Below are positions 24,171 to 33,784 of a stretch of 64,000 nt of DNA, piece by piece. The notes beneath the pieces are model-generated. The model was given only the letters and a program-made list of their open reading frames with translations, did no database searches and was not told the origin of the DNA. Source of the stretch: Planctomycetota bacterium (GTDB taxonomy: Bacteria > Planctomycetota > UBA1135 > JADKAF01); the NCBI GenBank assembly GCA_016719295.1, contig JADKAF010000002.1, positions 98,519-162,518 on the forward strand, given 5' to 3'. Position 1 is the first letter of the stretch; every line of letters starts with the position of its first letter. The translations under genes were made by a program, and so were the position numbers.

Positions 24171-24731
24171 GTTCCGACGCGCGGGGCGCGCCAGCCAGCG
24201 TGCACCTTGCCGGTGCGCCTCGAGCCGGTGAACGTCCAGCGGAGAAAGGCTCAGCGAAGAACGGTCCAGCCAATGCACAGACGGAGAGCCGCCCACCGCT
24301 CTCGCGTCGCAAGAGCTGGGAAGTCCTCCGTTGGCTGAGTTGCGCTCCGATGACTGGAATGCGCCGAGACCGGGGTTACGCCGAGCAGGAAGAGAAGGGG
24401 TGCGCCGAAGCGCTGCAGGCGGAGCCGTAGCGGCTCAGCTCAGGCGAGCGTCGCGAACACGGAGACGGAGCCCCTCTGGGAGGTACTCCGACACCGGGCG
24501 CTTCCCCCGCCGAAACCCCTCCCCGCCCTGGGGAGGCCGAGACCGAATGGGGCGTGATGATGCCCCGGGACAGGCAGAACCGCAAGCGCTGCGGCCGAAG
24601 CGCCGCGGCCGCCAGCTCCATCCGAGAGGAAGGAGGGCGGCCCCGACGAGCGCGGCGAGCGCAACGAGCGCGGTACGGCTGCGAGATCCAGGCCGGGGAA
24701 CTCGACGTGCGAGCCCCCCGAGCCTTCAGGA

Positions 24732-25142
24732 TCAGGCGACCTTGACCTTGCCGCCGGCGTCCTCGAGCTTCTTCTTGAGCTCGGCAGCCTCGTCCTTGGT
24801 CACGCCTTCCTTGACCGGCTTCGGCGCGCCTTCGACCAGGTCCTTCGCTTCCTTCAGGCCGAGGCCCGTGATCGCGCGGACTTCCTTGATGACGGCGACC
24901 TTCTTGGTCGAATCCGGCACGCCTTCGAGGATGACGTCGAATGCCGTCTTCTCCTCGGCGGCCGGAGCGGCAGCGCCACCGCCGCCAGCGGGCATCGCCA
25001 CCGCAGCAGCGGCGGCCGACACGCCCCAACGGGCTTCCATCGCCTTCACCAGCTTGGCCGCCTGGCCGAGCTGGAGGGAATCGATCTGCTTGAAGATCGC
25101 CTCGAGCTCGGGGGTGAGCTCGACCGTCGTGGTATCGGACAT
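24732..25142 (-). CDS. rplL: 50S ribosomal protein L7/L12
   Basis: 136-aa ORF with an Ala-rich hinge and a C-terminal domain [53 protein letters not shown]. Confidence 0.95.
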   Translation of the reverse strand: MSDTTTVELTPELEAIFKQIDSLQLGQAAKLVKAMEARWGVSAAAAAVAMPAGGGGAAAPAAEEKTAFDVILEGVPDSTKKVAVIKEVRAITGLGLKEAKDLVEGAPKPVKEGVTKDEAAELKKKLEDAGGKVKVA

Positions 25143-25269
25143 GGTTACAAACCTCGCAGCGTGAATGAGTGTGGTGTTGTTTCGGAGCAGGGATCACCGC
25201 GCTTTCCGCGTCGGCGCGGTCTCTCGACCGCAGGCCGATCGCATGCGAGCGACGGCGAGAGGAGATGAG

Positions 25270-25809
25270 CTAGCCGGCGGCGATCTCGCCCCCGGCCTTC
25301 TGGACCTTCTGGTCGATGCAGCGGGCCAGCCCGGCCAGGACAGCATTCACCGAAGCCGCGAGTCCGCGGGCCGGTGCGATGGTCGCAGTCGCGATCATCG
25401 CGCGCATGGTCTGGCGATCGGGCAGCTTGGCCAGGGCCGCCGCGTCCTTGCTACCGAGGACCGTCTTCTCGAAGACGGCTCCGCGGATCTTCAGCTTGGA
25501 CTTGGCGTTGGCCTTCAGAAGGTCCTCGAGGACCTTCGCGGCGTTGATGGCCTGCTCGACATCGCCGTAGGCGTAGCCGGTCGGGCCTTTCACCACACCC
25601 GTGACATCGAGGTTCTGCTTGGCGAACACGCGATGGGCGATGGTGTTCTTCAGGACGCGGAAGCGGACGTTCTTCTGGGCGAACTTGCCGCGCAGGTCGT
25701 TGACCTCGGCGACAGAGATGCCGGTGAAGTCCACGAACACTCCGCCGTCGTGCTGCTCGAGCTCGGACTCGAGATCGGCATAGAGGCAAGTGTTGATCAG
25801 GTTCGGCAT
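25270..25809 (-). CDS. rplJ: 50S ribosomal protein L10
   Basis: 179-aa ORF with the L10-like segment VFVDFTGISVAEVNDLRGKF...RVLKNT. Lies immediately upstream of rplL. Confidence 0.9.
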   Translation of the reverse strand: MPNLINTCLYADLESELEQHDGGVFVDFTGISVAEVNDLRGKFAQKNVRFRVLKNTIAHRVFAKQNLDVTGVVKGPTGYAYGDVEQAINAAKVLEDLLKANAKSKLKIRGAVFEKTVLGSKDAAALAKLPDRQTMRAMIATATIAPARGLAASVNAVLAGLARCIDQKVQKAGGEIAAG

Positions 25810-25960
25810 GGATTGTTCTCGGTGCGGTCAGCGCGCGGAGCTGAGCTCCGGAGCGCGTGGACCCGTGCTGGGATCGGAGAGGAGCTGCTGGTGAGCGCCG
25901 CTCGCGAACGAGCGGAACTCACCGCCGGAGCAGAGGAGCGCTCCGTCCGGCCGGCGTACC

Positions 25961-26647
25961 TCAGTTCTTCACGTTGAGGAGGATGCCCGGGCTCATCGTC
26001 GTCGAGATGGCGACCTTCAGGATGAAGTTGCCCTTCGTCGACGCGGGCCGGAGCGTGCGGACGTGGTTGAGGAACGCTTCGACGTTCTCCTTCAGCGCCC
26101 CGACCGAGAACGACTTCTTGCCGACGGGAGCGTGCAGATTGCCGCCCGCGTCGTTGCGGAACTCGATCTTGCCGGCCGCGAACTCCGACACGGCGGTCGC
26201 CACGTCGGCGGTCACCGTTCCGGCCTTCGGCGAAGGCATCTTGCCCTGGGGGCCGAGCACCTTACCGAGGCGCCCGACGTGCTTCATCATGTCCGGCGTC
26301 GCGATCGCGACGTCGAAGTCGAGCCAGCCGTCGAGGATCTTCTGGGCGAGATCGCCCGAGCCGACCTCGACCGCGCCGGCGGCCTTGGCCTTCACCGCGT
26401 TCTCGCCTTCGGCGAAGGCGATGACGCGAAGGCTCTTGCCGATGCCCTTCGGCAGCGACACGGCTCCACGGACCTGCTGATCCGAGCGCTTCGCCTCGAT
26501 ACCGAGGCATACCGCGATCTCGACGGTCTCGTCGAACTTGGCGCCCTTCAGGCTGGTCAAGATCTTGAGCGCGTCGTCGAGCTCGTAGGTGACCGAGGGG
26601 TCGATCTTCTTCGCGTTCTCTTCGTAACGCTTACTGCGGCGAACCAT
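25961..26647 (-). CDS. rplA: 50S ribosomal protein L1
   Basis: 228-aa ORF MVRRSKRYEE...FDETVEIAVCLGI...GKMPSPKAGTVT. Confidence 0.94.
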   Translation of the reverse strand: MVRRSKRYEENAKKIDPSVTYELDDALKILTSLKGAKFDETVEIAVCLGIEAKRSDQQVRGAVSLPKGIGKSLRVIAFAEGENAVKAKAAGAVEVGSGDLAQKILDGWLDFDVAIATPDMMKHVGRLGKVLGPQGKMPSPKAGTVTADVATAVSEFAAGKIEFRNDAGGNLHAPVGKKSFSVGALKENVEAFLNHVRTLRPASTKGNFILKVAISTTMSPGILLNVKN

Positions 26648-26657
26648 CGGAGACCTC

Positions 26658-27083
26658 CTAGTCCACCACCGTGATGCCCATGGAACGAGCGGTGCCCGCG
26701 ATCACGCGAGCGCCGGCATCGAGATCTCGCGCGTTGAGATCCTTCATCTTGATCTTCGCGATGTCGCGGCACTGGGCCATGGTGACCTTGCCGACGATCT
26801 GCGTGCCCGTGGTCTTCGCGCCGCTGGCGATGTTGATCGCCTTCTTGAGCAGCACGGAGGCCGGCGGAGACTTGTACGCGAGCTCGAAGCTGCGGTCCTT
26901 GAAGACCGTGATCTCGACGGGAATGATCATCCCCATCTGATCGCGCGTGGCATCGTTGAACTGCTTGACGAACGAGGCGATGTTCACGCCGTGCTGACCG
27001 AGCGCAGGTCCCACCGGGGGTGCCGGTGTAGCCTGGCCGGCCGGGCACTGCAACTTGATCTTTGCAGTGACTTCTTTGGCCAT
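26658..27083 (-). CDS. rplK: 50S ribosomal protein L11
   Basis: 141-aa [38 protein letters not shown]. Confidence 0.95.
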   Translation of the reverse strand: MAKEVTAKIKLQCPAGQATPAPPVGPALGQHGVNIASFVKQFNDATRDQMGMIIPVEITVFKDRSFELAYKSPPASVLLKKAINIASGAKTTGTQIVGKVTMAQCRDIAKIKMKDLNARDLDAGARVIAGTARSMGITVVD

Positions 27084-27336
27084 GGGCCCTCCTTGCTCCC
27101 TCCCACCGCGCGTTCGGCTCTCTCCGCTGGGTGCGGATCGACGGCCGAGGGCTAGTGCGCGGCGGTGATCGGGAGGAGTCGTGCTTGGCTCGGGTGAGCG
27201 CGGCGCGACTCGGTTGGTTGACTAGGGTTGGTGTTCTTGGTGCGAGAGTCGGATGGTCCGGGGTCGCGCGGCAGAGGTCTTGCGAGAGAGCGAGATCGCC
27301 ACGCGAGGACGGAACGAGATGGGACGTCGGCCCTGG

Positions 27337-27891
27337 TCAGGACAGCGTCTCCACCTCCCAATGGTCGAGCTCGACCGAGGTCGAGCGGCCGAGGACATTG
27401 ATGAGGACGCGGACCTTGCCCTTCTCGGCATCGATCTCCTCGATCGTGCCTTCGTAGCCGAGGAACGCGCCTTCCTTGATGCGAACCTGATCGCCGCGCT
27501 GGAAGCCGATCTCGACGCTGGGAGCGCGCTTGCTCTGCTCCATCTTGCCGAGGATCTGCTCGACTTCCTGATCGCTCATCGGATCAGGCTTGCCGTGGGA
27601 GCCGACGAAGTCTCCGAAGCCCGGAGTCTCGCGGATGCAGAACCAGACATCCTCGGCGCGCGGATCTTCGTCGCCGTCGATGTCGGCCTCCACCATGAGG
27701 TAGCCAGGGAAGATCTTCCGAGCGACCGTGCGCTTCTTCCCGGCGCGGACTTCCGTCACGCGCTCGGTGGGCACGAGAGCTTGCGTCACCTTGTCGCTCA
27801 AGCCATGCGTGTAGATGCGCTTCAGGATCGACTCCTTCACGCGCTCTTCCTTGCCGGCTTGGACTCGAATCACATACCAGTGCAGCGTCAT
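27337..27891 (-). CDS. nusG: Transcription termination/antitermination factor NusG
   Basis: 184-aa ORF. It has an NGN domain (WYVIRVQAGKEERV, FPGYLMVE) and a KOW motif (GDQVRIKEGAFLGYEGTIEEID). Confidence 0.93.
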   Translation of the reverse strand: MTLHWYVIRVQAGKEERVKESILKRIYTHGLSDKVTQALVPTERVTEVRAGKKRTVARKIFPGYLMVEADIDGDEDPRAEDVWFCIRETPGFGDFVGSHGKPDPMSDQEVEQILGKMEQSKRAPSVEIGFQRGDQVRIKEGAFLGYEGTIEEIDAEKGKVRVLINVLGRSTSVELDHWEVETLS

Positions 27892-27927
27892 CGACTGAAC
27901 CTCATGATCAGCTGAGCGAAGGGTGGA

Positions 27928-28461
27928 TCAGTTGAAGATGAGGAAGTTGACGACCCGCGCGAGCAGCCAATCGGCCGCCGCGAGGAACGCCATGAAGAAG
28001 ATCACCGTGCCGATGACCACGAGCGTGGAGTTCCACGTCTCGGGCCAGGTCGGCCAGGTGACCTTGTTCATCTCGGCTTCGGTATCGATCAGCAGCTCTG
28101 CACGACGCGGCTGCGTGAGGAATCGGTGCCACCACCAGAGGAACACGAGCAGCAACCCGAACACCAAGATGTTGGCGTAGCTGAGCTGGAAGCCGAGGAT
28201 GGGCAGCCGCTCTCCCTGGCCGAGCAGGTTGATGTCGAAGACGTTGTTGGCGCCTTCGACGCTGGTCTTCAGCCAGCCCCATTCCTTGCCGCGGAGCCAG
28301 GGCGCGAAGCGGTACGCACCGTAGATCGCGAGCAGTCCTACGGACCAGAACGCGAACATGCGGGCGATGCGCCCCTGGTCCGGCTTGTAGCTCGGCCAGA
28401 AGCCGCCCAAGTGCGCCTCTTCGGGCGTCTTCGGCGTGGCTTTCGGCGGGTTGGTGGTCAT
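27928..28461 (-). CDS. secE: Preprotein translocase subunit SecE (long, multi-TM form)
   Basis: The C-terminus EMNKVTWPTWPETWNSTLVVIGTVIFFMAFLAAADWLL is the SecE signature. Start trimmed to ATG 28461 (MTTNPPK). Two further hydrophobic segments lie upstream. Confidence 0.85.
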   Translation of the reverse strand: MTTNPPKATPKTPEEAHLGGFWPSYKPDQGRIARMFAFWSVGLLAIYGAYRFAPWLRGKEWGWLKTSVEGANNVFDINLLGQGERLPILGFQLSYANILVFGLLLVFLWWWHRFLTQPRRAELLIDTEAEMNKVTWPTWPETWNSTLVVIGTVIFFMAFLAAADWLLARVVNFLIFN

Positions 28462-28581
28462 GGATCCGTGGGATGGGTGCGAGAAGCTCGAGCGAAGTGC
28501 TGGCGCGGGTCGAATCCAGCGCCCGAGGGCCGTCCGCGCGAGGAGTGGAGGAACGAGCCTCCTCCTCGCGCAGCGCAACGA

Positions 28582-28746
28582 TCAGAGCTTCTTCTCTTTG
28601 TGCGTCGTGTGCTTCCGGCAGAACTTGCAGTACTTGCTCTTCTCGAGCTTGTACGCGGCCTTCAGCTTCTTCCACGTCGTGTAGTGGCGGCGATCGCACT
28701 CACCGCAGACCAGCCAGACGTAGTGTTCTTTGTTCTTCAGTCCCAT
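28582..28746 (-). CDS. rpmG: 50S ribosomal protein L33
   Basis: Zinc-ribbon pattern CGEC...CKFC with a KHTTHKE ending. Start probably at ATG 28746 (MGLKNKE). Confidence 0.88.
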   Translation of the reverse strand: MGLKNKEHYVWLVCGECDRRHYTTWKKLKAAYKLEKSKYCKFCRKHTTHKEKKL

Positions 28747-28893
28747 CGATGCCTCCGAGGACGACACGAGGCTCGTCCGAGCTCCTCTCGCAGAGGAAGC
28801 TGCTCGCGACGAACCCCTGCGGCCGAGCGCTCACGCTACCCAGCGTGCGCCCCGCGGCTCCAGTTTGATGTCGCCCCAGTTTGATTCGGTGCG

Positions 28894-28920
28894 CGCGGGA
28901 GAGCGTTCGGCTCTCCCGCG
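28894..28920 (-). terminator. 11-bp GC hairpin downstream of tuf
   Basis: cgcgggagagc-gttcg-gctctcccgcg, about 80 nt after the tuf stop. There is no U-tract. Confidence 0.25.
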
Positions 28921-29000
28921 GCACAGCCAAGACTCGGCGTTGCCAAGAGTCGCCGCCGGTCCCGCCCGTTGCCGAGCGAAGCACCAGCGGCGAGCGGCGA

Positions 29001-30221
29001 TCAGAGCAGGATCTTCGAAACGACCCCTGCGCCGACCGTGCGGCCACCTTCGCGGATCGCGAAGCGCTGCTGCTCGTCCATCGCGATCGGCGTGACGAGC
29101 TCGACCATGAGCTTCACGTTGTCGCCGGGCATGACCATCTCGGCTTGGCCGAGCAGGGTCACCGAGCCGGTGACGTCCGTCGTGCGGAAGTAAAACTGCG
29201 GGCGGTAGCCCTTGAAGAACGGGCTGTGACGGCCGCCTTCTTCCTTCGAGAGGATGTAGACCTCCGCCTCGAACTTCGTGTGCGGCTTCACCGAGCCCGG
29301 CTTGGCGAGAACCATGCCGCGCTTGAGATCGTCCTTCTCCACCCCGCGCAGGAGGACGCCGATGTTGTCACCGGCGATGCCCTTGTCGAGGATCTTCTGG
29401 AACATCTCGACGCCGGTGCACGTGGTCTTCAGCGGGTCCGGACGCAGACCGACGACCTCGAGGTTGTCGTTCACGTTGACCACGCCGCGCTCAACGCGAC
29501 CGGTGCCGACCGTACCGCGCCCCTTGATCGAGAACACGTCTTCGATCGGCATGAGGAAGGGCTTGTCTTCCTCACGGGCGGGCGTCGGGATGTAGGCGTC
29601 GATCGCGTCGAGGAGGTTCAGAACGCTCTTCGTCCACTGGTTGTTCTCGACGTCGGTCTTGCCGCCGCGAACGTAGTTCAGAGCGCCGAGAGCCGAGCCC
29701 TTGACGATCGGGACTTCATCGCCCGGGAAGTTGTACTTCGTGAGCAGCTCGCGGAGCTCGAGCTCGACGAGGTCCTGCAGCTCGGGGTCGTCGACGACGT
29801 CGATCTTGTTCAGGAAGACGACCATCGCCGGCACGCCGACCTGACGAGCGAGAAGAATGTGCTCGCGCGTCTGGGGCATCGGACCGTCGTCCGCCGCGCA
29901 GACGAGGATCGCGCCGTCCATCTGGGCGGCGCCCGTGATCATGTTCTTGATGAAGTCGACGTGGCCCGGGCAGTCGACGTGCGCGTAGTGGCGCTTGTCC
30001 GAGGCGTACTCGACGTGCGCCGCGGCGATCGTGACGATCTTGGAGTCGTCGCGGACCGTGCCGCCCTTCGCGATGTCGGCGTATTCCTTCACCTTGGCAT
30101 TGCCCTTCGCCGCGCAGACGTAGGTCAGGGCGCAAGTCAGGGTGGTCTTGCCGTGAGAGATGTGACCGATGGTGCCGACATTGACGTGCGGCTTGTCGCG
30201 AACGAAGGTTTCCTTAGCCAT
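29001..30221 (-). CDS. tuf: Elongation factor Tu
   Basis: 406-aa [23 protein letters not shown]...DCPGHVDF...NKID. GAGGAG lies upstream. Note the P-loop GHISHGKT. Confidence 0.95.
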   Translation of the reverse strand: MAKETFVRDKPHVNVGTIGHISHGKTTLTCALTYVCAAKGNAKVKEYADIAKGGTVRDDSKIVTIAAAHVEYASDKRHYAHVDCPGHVDFIKNMITGAAQMDGAILVCAADDGPMPQTREHILLARQVGVPAMVVFLNKIDVVDDPELQDLVELELRELLTKYNFPGDEVPIVKGSALGALNYVRGGKTDVENNQWTKSVLNLLDAIDAYIPTPAREEDKPFLMPIEDVFSIKGRGTVGTGRVERGVVNVNDNLEVVGLRPDPLKTTCTGVEMFQKILDKGIAGDNIGVLLRGVEKDDLKRGMVLAKPGSVKPHTKFEAEVYILSKEEGGRHSPFFKGYRPQFYFRTTDVTGSVTLLGQAEMVMPGDNVKLMVELVTPIAMDEQQRFAIREGGRTVGAGVVSKILL

Positions 30222-30374
30222 CTCAACTCCTCGTGACGCCGAGCGGCGCCGTCAAAGCACTCGCCGCCGGAAAGCCATCCTCCCGTGCACCGGTCACGAG
30301 GACCGTCTTCGCGGTGCGGCCCAACAGCAGGCCAGCTCCGAAGGTGCGCAGTGTCGGCTTCGCGGTCTTGAATC

Positions 30375-30450
<76 letters not shown>

Positions 30451-30566
30451 GAAGTCTGGTCGTCGTCGGGTGTGGTCGTCTTGTCGTTGGCGATCCGATG
30501 CGGATCGCCCAGAGGCCCTCAGCTGGGAGCTCGATCGCGGTCGAGCTCCATGCACGAGTGCCGCTT

Positions 30567-30623
30567 CTCCTGGGAGCTTCATGGTCTCCTGGGAGCTTCA
30601 CGGCCTCCTGGGAGCTTCACAGC
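30567..30623. repeat. 19-nt x3 tandem repeat between tRNA-Gly and tRNA-Thr
   Basis: ctcctgggagcttcatggt / ctcctgggagcttcacggc / ctcctgggagcttcacagc. The units start at 30567, 30586 and 30605. Confidence 0.9.
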
Positions 30624-30702
30624 CCCGACGCCCGCGCACAGGAGAGCACGCGGAAGCAGGGCAGCACCAGCCCCAGTCGAGAAGCAGGCACCGCAGTCGC
30701 GA

Positions 30703-30774
<72 letters not shown>

Positions 30775-31051
30775 GGAGCTACGCCCGCAGGAGCAACGTC
30801 CACCGCTGCTCCACCCTCCGGCATCGAGCCCGAAGGATCGAAACCCGCGGGCCAGAACCTGCGGAGGAGCCGAGACCTGCGGAGGTGCCGATCGCAGCCC
30901 GTCGCGAGCGAGCTCGCAGACGAGCGGGCGCTCGGCGCCCGCGACGATCCCACCCCGCCCCACCTCGTCGGCGCTACGGGCCCCCGGCGCGAGCGCCGGC
31001 GATCAAGCCAGGCCCACGGGAGCCGCGCATCGATCGACGAGACGAGCCGTA

Positions 31052-31134
31052 TGGGGAGAGCAGGATTCGAACCTGCGAAGGCGTAAGCCACCAGATTTAC
31101 AGTCTGGCCCATTTGGCCACTCTGGAATCTCCCC
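31052..31134 (-). tRNA. tRNA-Tyr (anticodon GUA), long variable arm
   Basis: Acceptor GGGGAGA/TCTCCCC, anticodon stem CCAGA/TCTGG with loop CTGTAAA, a 14-nt variable arm, T loop GGTTCGAATCC. Confidence 0.9.
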
Positions 31135-31517
31135 GAGAGTTCCCGGCGAATCGCGGAGCCCGGCGAACCTTGAGTTCGGGCCTCGTGGATTCACGGGCTC
31201 GAGGAAGCACTGGCTCGTGGATCAGGTGTGCGATCGGGACTCGCGGAGGGTTGCTCGCGCAACCTCCTCGAACAAAACGTCCCCGACGTCAAAGATCAGC
31301 CGAGCGTCTCCGCTCGGTCCATCGAGCACCTCCCCGGCCCAAAGGCCCGGGAGACTCGCTTCACCGCCGCCTGCGAGACCCGCTCGCTGCTGCCCCGGGC
31401 ACCGCGGCGTCGAAGCGACGCAGCAGCGCGAGGAACGCCAGCTCACATGGCACGCGGAGCCGTTCGCCCTTCACTCGTTGACGGAAGGGCATCGACCCTC
31501 TGCGCGCCAGCGCCAAA

Positions 31518-31592
31518 TGGAGCTAGCGGAGGGAATCGAACCCACAACCACCCGCTTACAAGGCGGGGGCTCTACCGTTGAGCTACGCTAGC
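31518..31592 (-). tRNA. tRNA-Thr (anticodon UGU), CCA encoded
   Basis: Acceptor GCTAGCG/CGCTAGC, anticodon stem CCCGC/GCGGG with loop CTTGTAA, T loop GGGTTCGATTCCC with one U-U mismatch in the T stem. Confidence 0.85.
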
Positions 31593-31635
31593 GAACGCTG
31601 GCCCAGGAAGGGGGCCGGTGAAAAAAGGAGCGCCA

Positions 31636-31663
31636 ATGGTAGCGAGGCGCCCCGATCGGTCAA
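31636..31663 (-). promoter_or_regulatory. Candidate promoter of the tRNA-tuf transcription unit
   Basis: The minus strand reads TTGACC-N16-TACCAT (-35 at 31663..31658, -10 at 31641..31636), about 45 nt upstream of tRNA-Thr(UGU). Confidence 0.45.
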
Positions 31664-31711
31664 GGCCCCCCTGGGGAAGAAATCCCCCACCGCGACGCGC
31701 CCGCTCCGGGC

Positions 31712-33784
31712 TCAGAGCGTCTCGAACCAGGTCACCTCCTCGAAGGAAAGCGTGACCTGCATGCCCTTCGCGAGGAGCGTCAGCTCCTCTCGTTTCGGAT
31801 CCACGCGGCGCACCGCGCAGCGCTGCCTCAAGCGCGGCACGTAGACCCAGTCGCCTTGCTTCAAGCTCTCCAGGAACTCGCGCCGTCGGACACCGAGCGG
31901 CGTCGCGCGCATGGCGACCCGCAGCGCGGCGAGGAGCTGCTCGATGCGCTCGCGCTCCGCGGGACGGAAGCTGCCGAGGTGAGGAACGAAGCGCTCGAGC
32001 TCGTCGAGCACGCGCCGGAAGCTCTCCTCCACCACGCGATCGGCTTCGGCGGAGACGATGCGGCGCAGCTCCTCCGCTTCACGCCGCGCGCCTGCGGCAG
32101 CATCGAGCTCAAGCTCGCGGCGCCCTTCCAAGTCCTTGGCGCGCGAGCGCGCCGACTCGGCCTCGGTGCGCGCGACGCGCACTTCCTCCAGCACCTCGGA
32201 GAGCCCATCCTCGCGCCGCTCGAGGAGCGCCGCGGCGCGACGCAGGACGTTCTCGTCGAGTCCCAGGCGGCGCGCGATGCGCAGCGCATTCGATTCCCCC
32301 GGCAGGCCGATCACGAGGCGGTAGAGCGGCATCAGGCTGGCGGCATCGAACTCGACGGAGGCGTTCTCCGCTCGCGGATGGCGGTAGGCGCAGGCCTTGA
32401 GCGCGCCGAGATGCGTCGAGGCGAGAGTCGGGATCCGGCGCTCGAGGAGCACCTCGAGCAGAGCGCCGCCGAGAGCCGCGCCTTCGTGCGGATCGGTGCC
32501 GGCCCCTAGCTCGTCCAGCAGCAGCAGCGTGCGCGGAGAAGCGCCGTCGAGCGCGGTCTGGATACGCGCGAGGTGGGACGAGAAGGTCGAGAGGTTCTGG
32601 GCGATGCCCTGCTCGTCACCGATGTCGGCGAAGATCGCCTCGTAGAACGGAACGCTCGAGCCTTCGTTGGCGGGAATCGGCAATCCGCTCGCGGCGAGCA
32701 GCGCGCAGAGGCCCGCCGTCTTCATCGCGACGGTCTTGCCGCCGGTGTTGGGCCCCGTGATCAGCAGCAGGTCGAAGTCCTGTCCGAGGTGGAGGTCGAG
32801 CGGGACCAGCGCGTCGAGGCGCCCCTCCTCGCGCAAGCGCTCCTCGAGCAGCGGATGACGCGCGCGACGGAGATCGAGGTGCATATCCTCGGAGAGCCGC
32901 GGGATCACCGCGGCGCCGGCGGCGACGTGGGCTGCGCTGACGTGCGCGAGCTCGATCTCGGCGGCGATCTCAAGGTCGCGCAGCAGCGTCGCCTGATGGC
33001 GGAACAGCCGCTGGGTGAAGGCGACGAGGATGCGCGAGATCTCGCGCTGCTCCTCGAGCACGACGCGGCGCAAGCGATCGCCGAGCTCGATCGCCTCCTC
33101 GGGCTCGACGAACGCCGTGTTGCCGGTGTGCGAGTAATCGTGCACGACGCCGGGAACGGAGCCACGCCGATCGCGCTTCACCGCGAGCAACGGTCGACCG
33201 TCGCGAAAGCGCACGCGATCCTCTTGCAGCGCGCGCCGGACGTCGGGGCGCTGCAGCACGGCGTGCACCTTGGCGTCGATCTCGCGGCGCAGCTCGCGAG
33301 CGTCGCGGCGGAGCGAGGAGAGATGCGTGCTCGCCTCGTCGCGCACGCGACCGTGCTCGTCGATGCTCTCGTCGAGATCGTCGCGCAGCCCCGACAGAGG
33401 ATCGAGCTCCGCGATCAGGGCCAGGAACTCGTGGGCCTCGCGTCCCGGCTCCTCGAACCACTGCACCAGGGTCTGCACCGTGTCGAGGAAGTCGCGCACC
33501 GCAGCGAGCTCCTCGGGATCGAAGGGCGCCCCTCCGCGGCGCGCCCGCGCGAAGGGCTCGGCGAGATCGCGCGTCGCCCCGAGCGGCGCGCTCTCGCCGC
33601 GCCGCAGGAGCGCCAGCAAGCGCGCGGCGCGCGCTTGCGCCGCGCGCGACGCGGCGCCGTCCGGATAGGGCTGCGCGCGCGCGAGGCGAACGCGACCGAG
33701 CGGCGTCACCGCGCGCTCGACCCAGCGCTCGAGAACGGCGGCGAACTCGAGGGTCTCGGAGGCGTAGCGCGTAGCGAGGTTCAT
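31712..33784 (-). CDS. mutS2: MutS2-family protein (no Smr domain)
   Basis: ORF 31712..34150 trimmed to ATG 33784 (MNLATRYASE). Walker A GPNTGGKT, LLLDELGAGTDP and STHLGALK are present. It ends in a KOW-like segment GDWVYVPRLRQRCAVRRV...VTLSFEEV. Confidence 0.85.
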   Translation of the reverse strand: MNLATRYASETLEFAAVLERWVERAVTPLGRVRLARAQPYPDGAASRAAQARAARLLALLRRGESAPLGATRDLAEPFARARRGGAPFDPEELAAVRDFLDTVQTLVQWFEEPGREAHEFLALIAELDPLSGLRDDLDESIDEHGRVRDEASTHLSSLRRDARELRREIDAKVHAVLQRPDVRRALQEDRVRFRDGRPLLAVKRDRRGSVPGVVHDYSHTGNTAFVEPEEAIELGDRLRRVVLEEQREISRILVAFTQRLFRHQATLLRDLEIAAEIELAHVSAAHVAAGAAVIPRLSEDMHLDLRRARHPLLEERLREEGRLDALVPLDLHLGQDFDLLLITGPNTGGKTVAMKTAGLCALLAASGLPIPANEGSSVPFYEAIFADIGDEQGIAQNLSTFSSHLARIQTALDGASPRTLLLLDELGAGTDPHEGAALGGALLEVLLERRIPTLASTHLGALKACAYRHPRAENASVEFDAASLMPLYRLVIGLPGESNALRIARRLGLDENVLRRAAALLERREDGLSEVLEEVRVARTEAESARSRAKDLEGRRELELDAAAGARREAEELRRIVSAEADRVVEESFRRVLDELERFVPHLGSFRPAERERIEQLLAALRVAMRATPLGVRRREFLESLKQGDWVYVPRLRQRCAVRRVDPKREELTLLAKGMQVTLSFEEVTWFETL

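Noticed and set aside
30826-30860. tRNA T-arm-like fragment ggatcgaaacccgcggg
   Set aside because: No complementary T-stem, acceptor stem or anticodon arm can be drawn around it.
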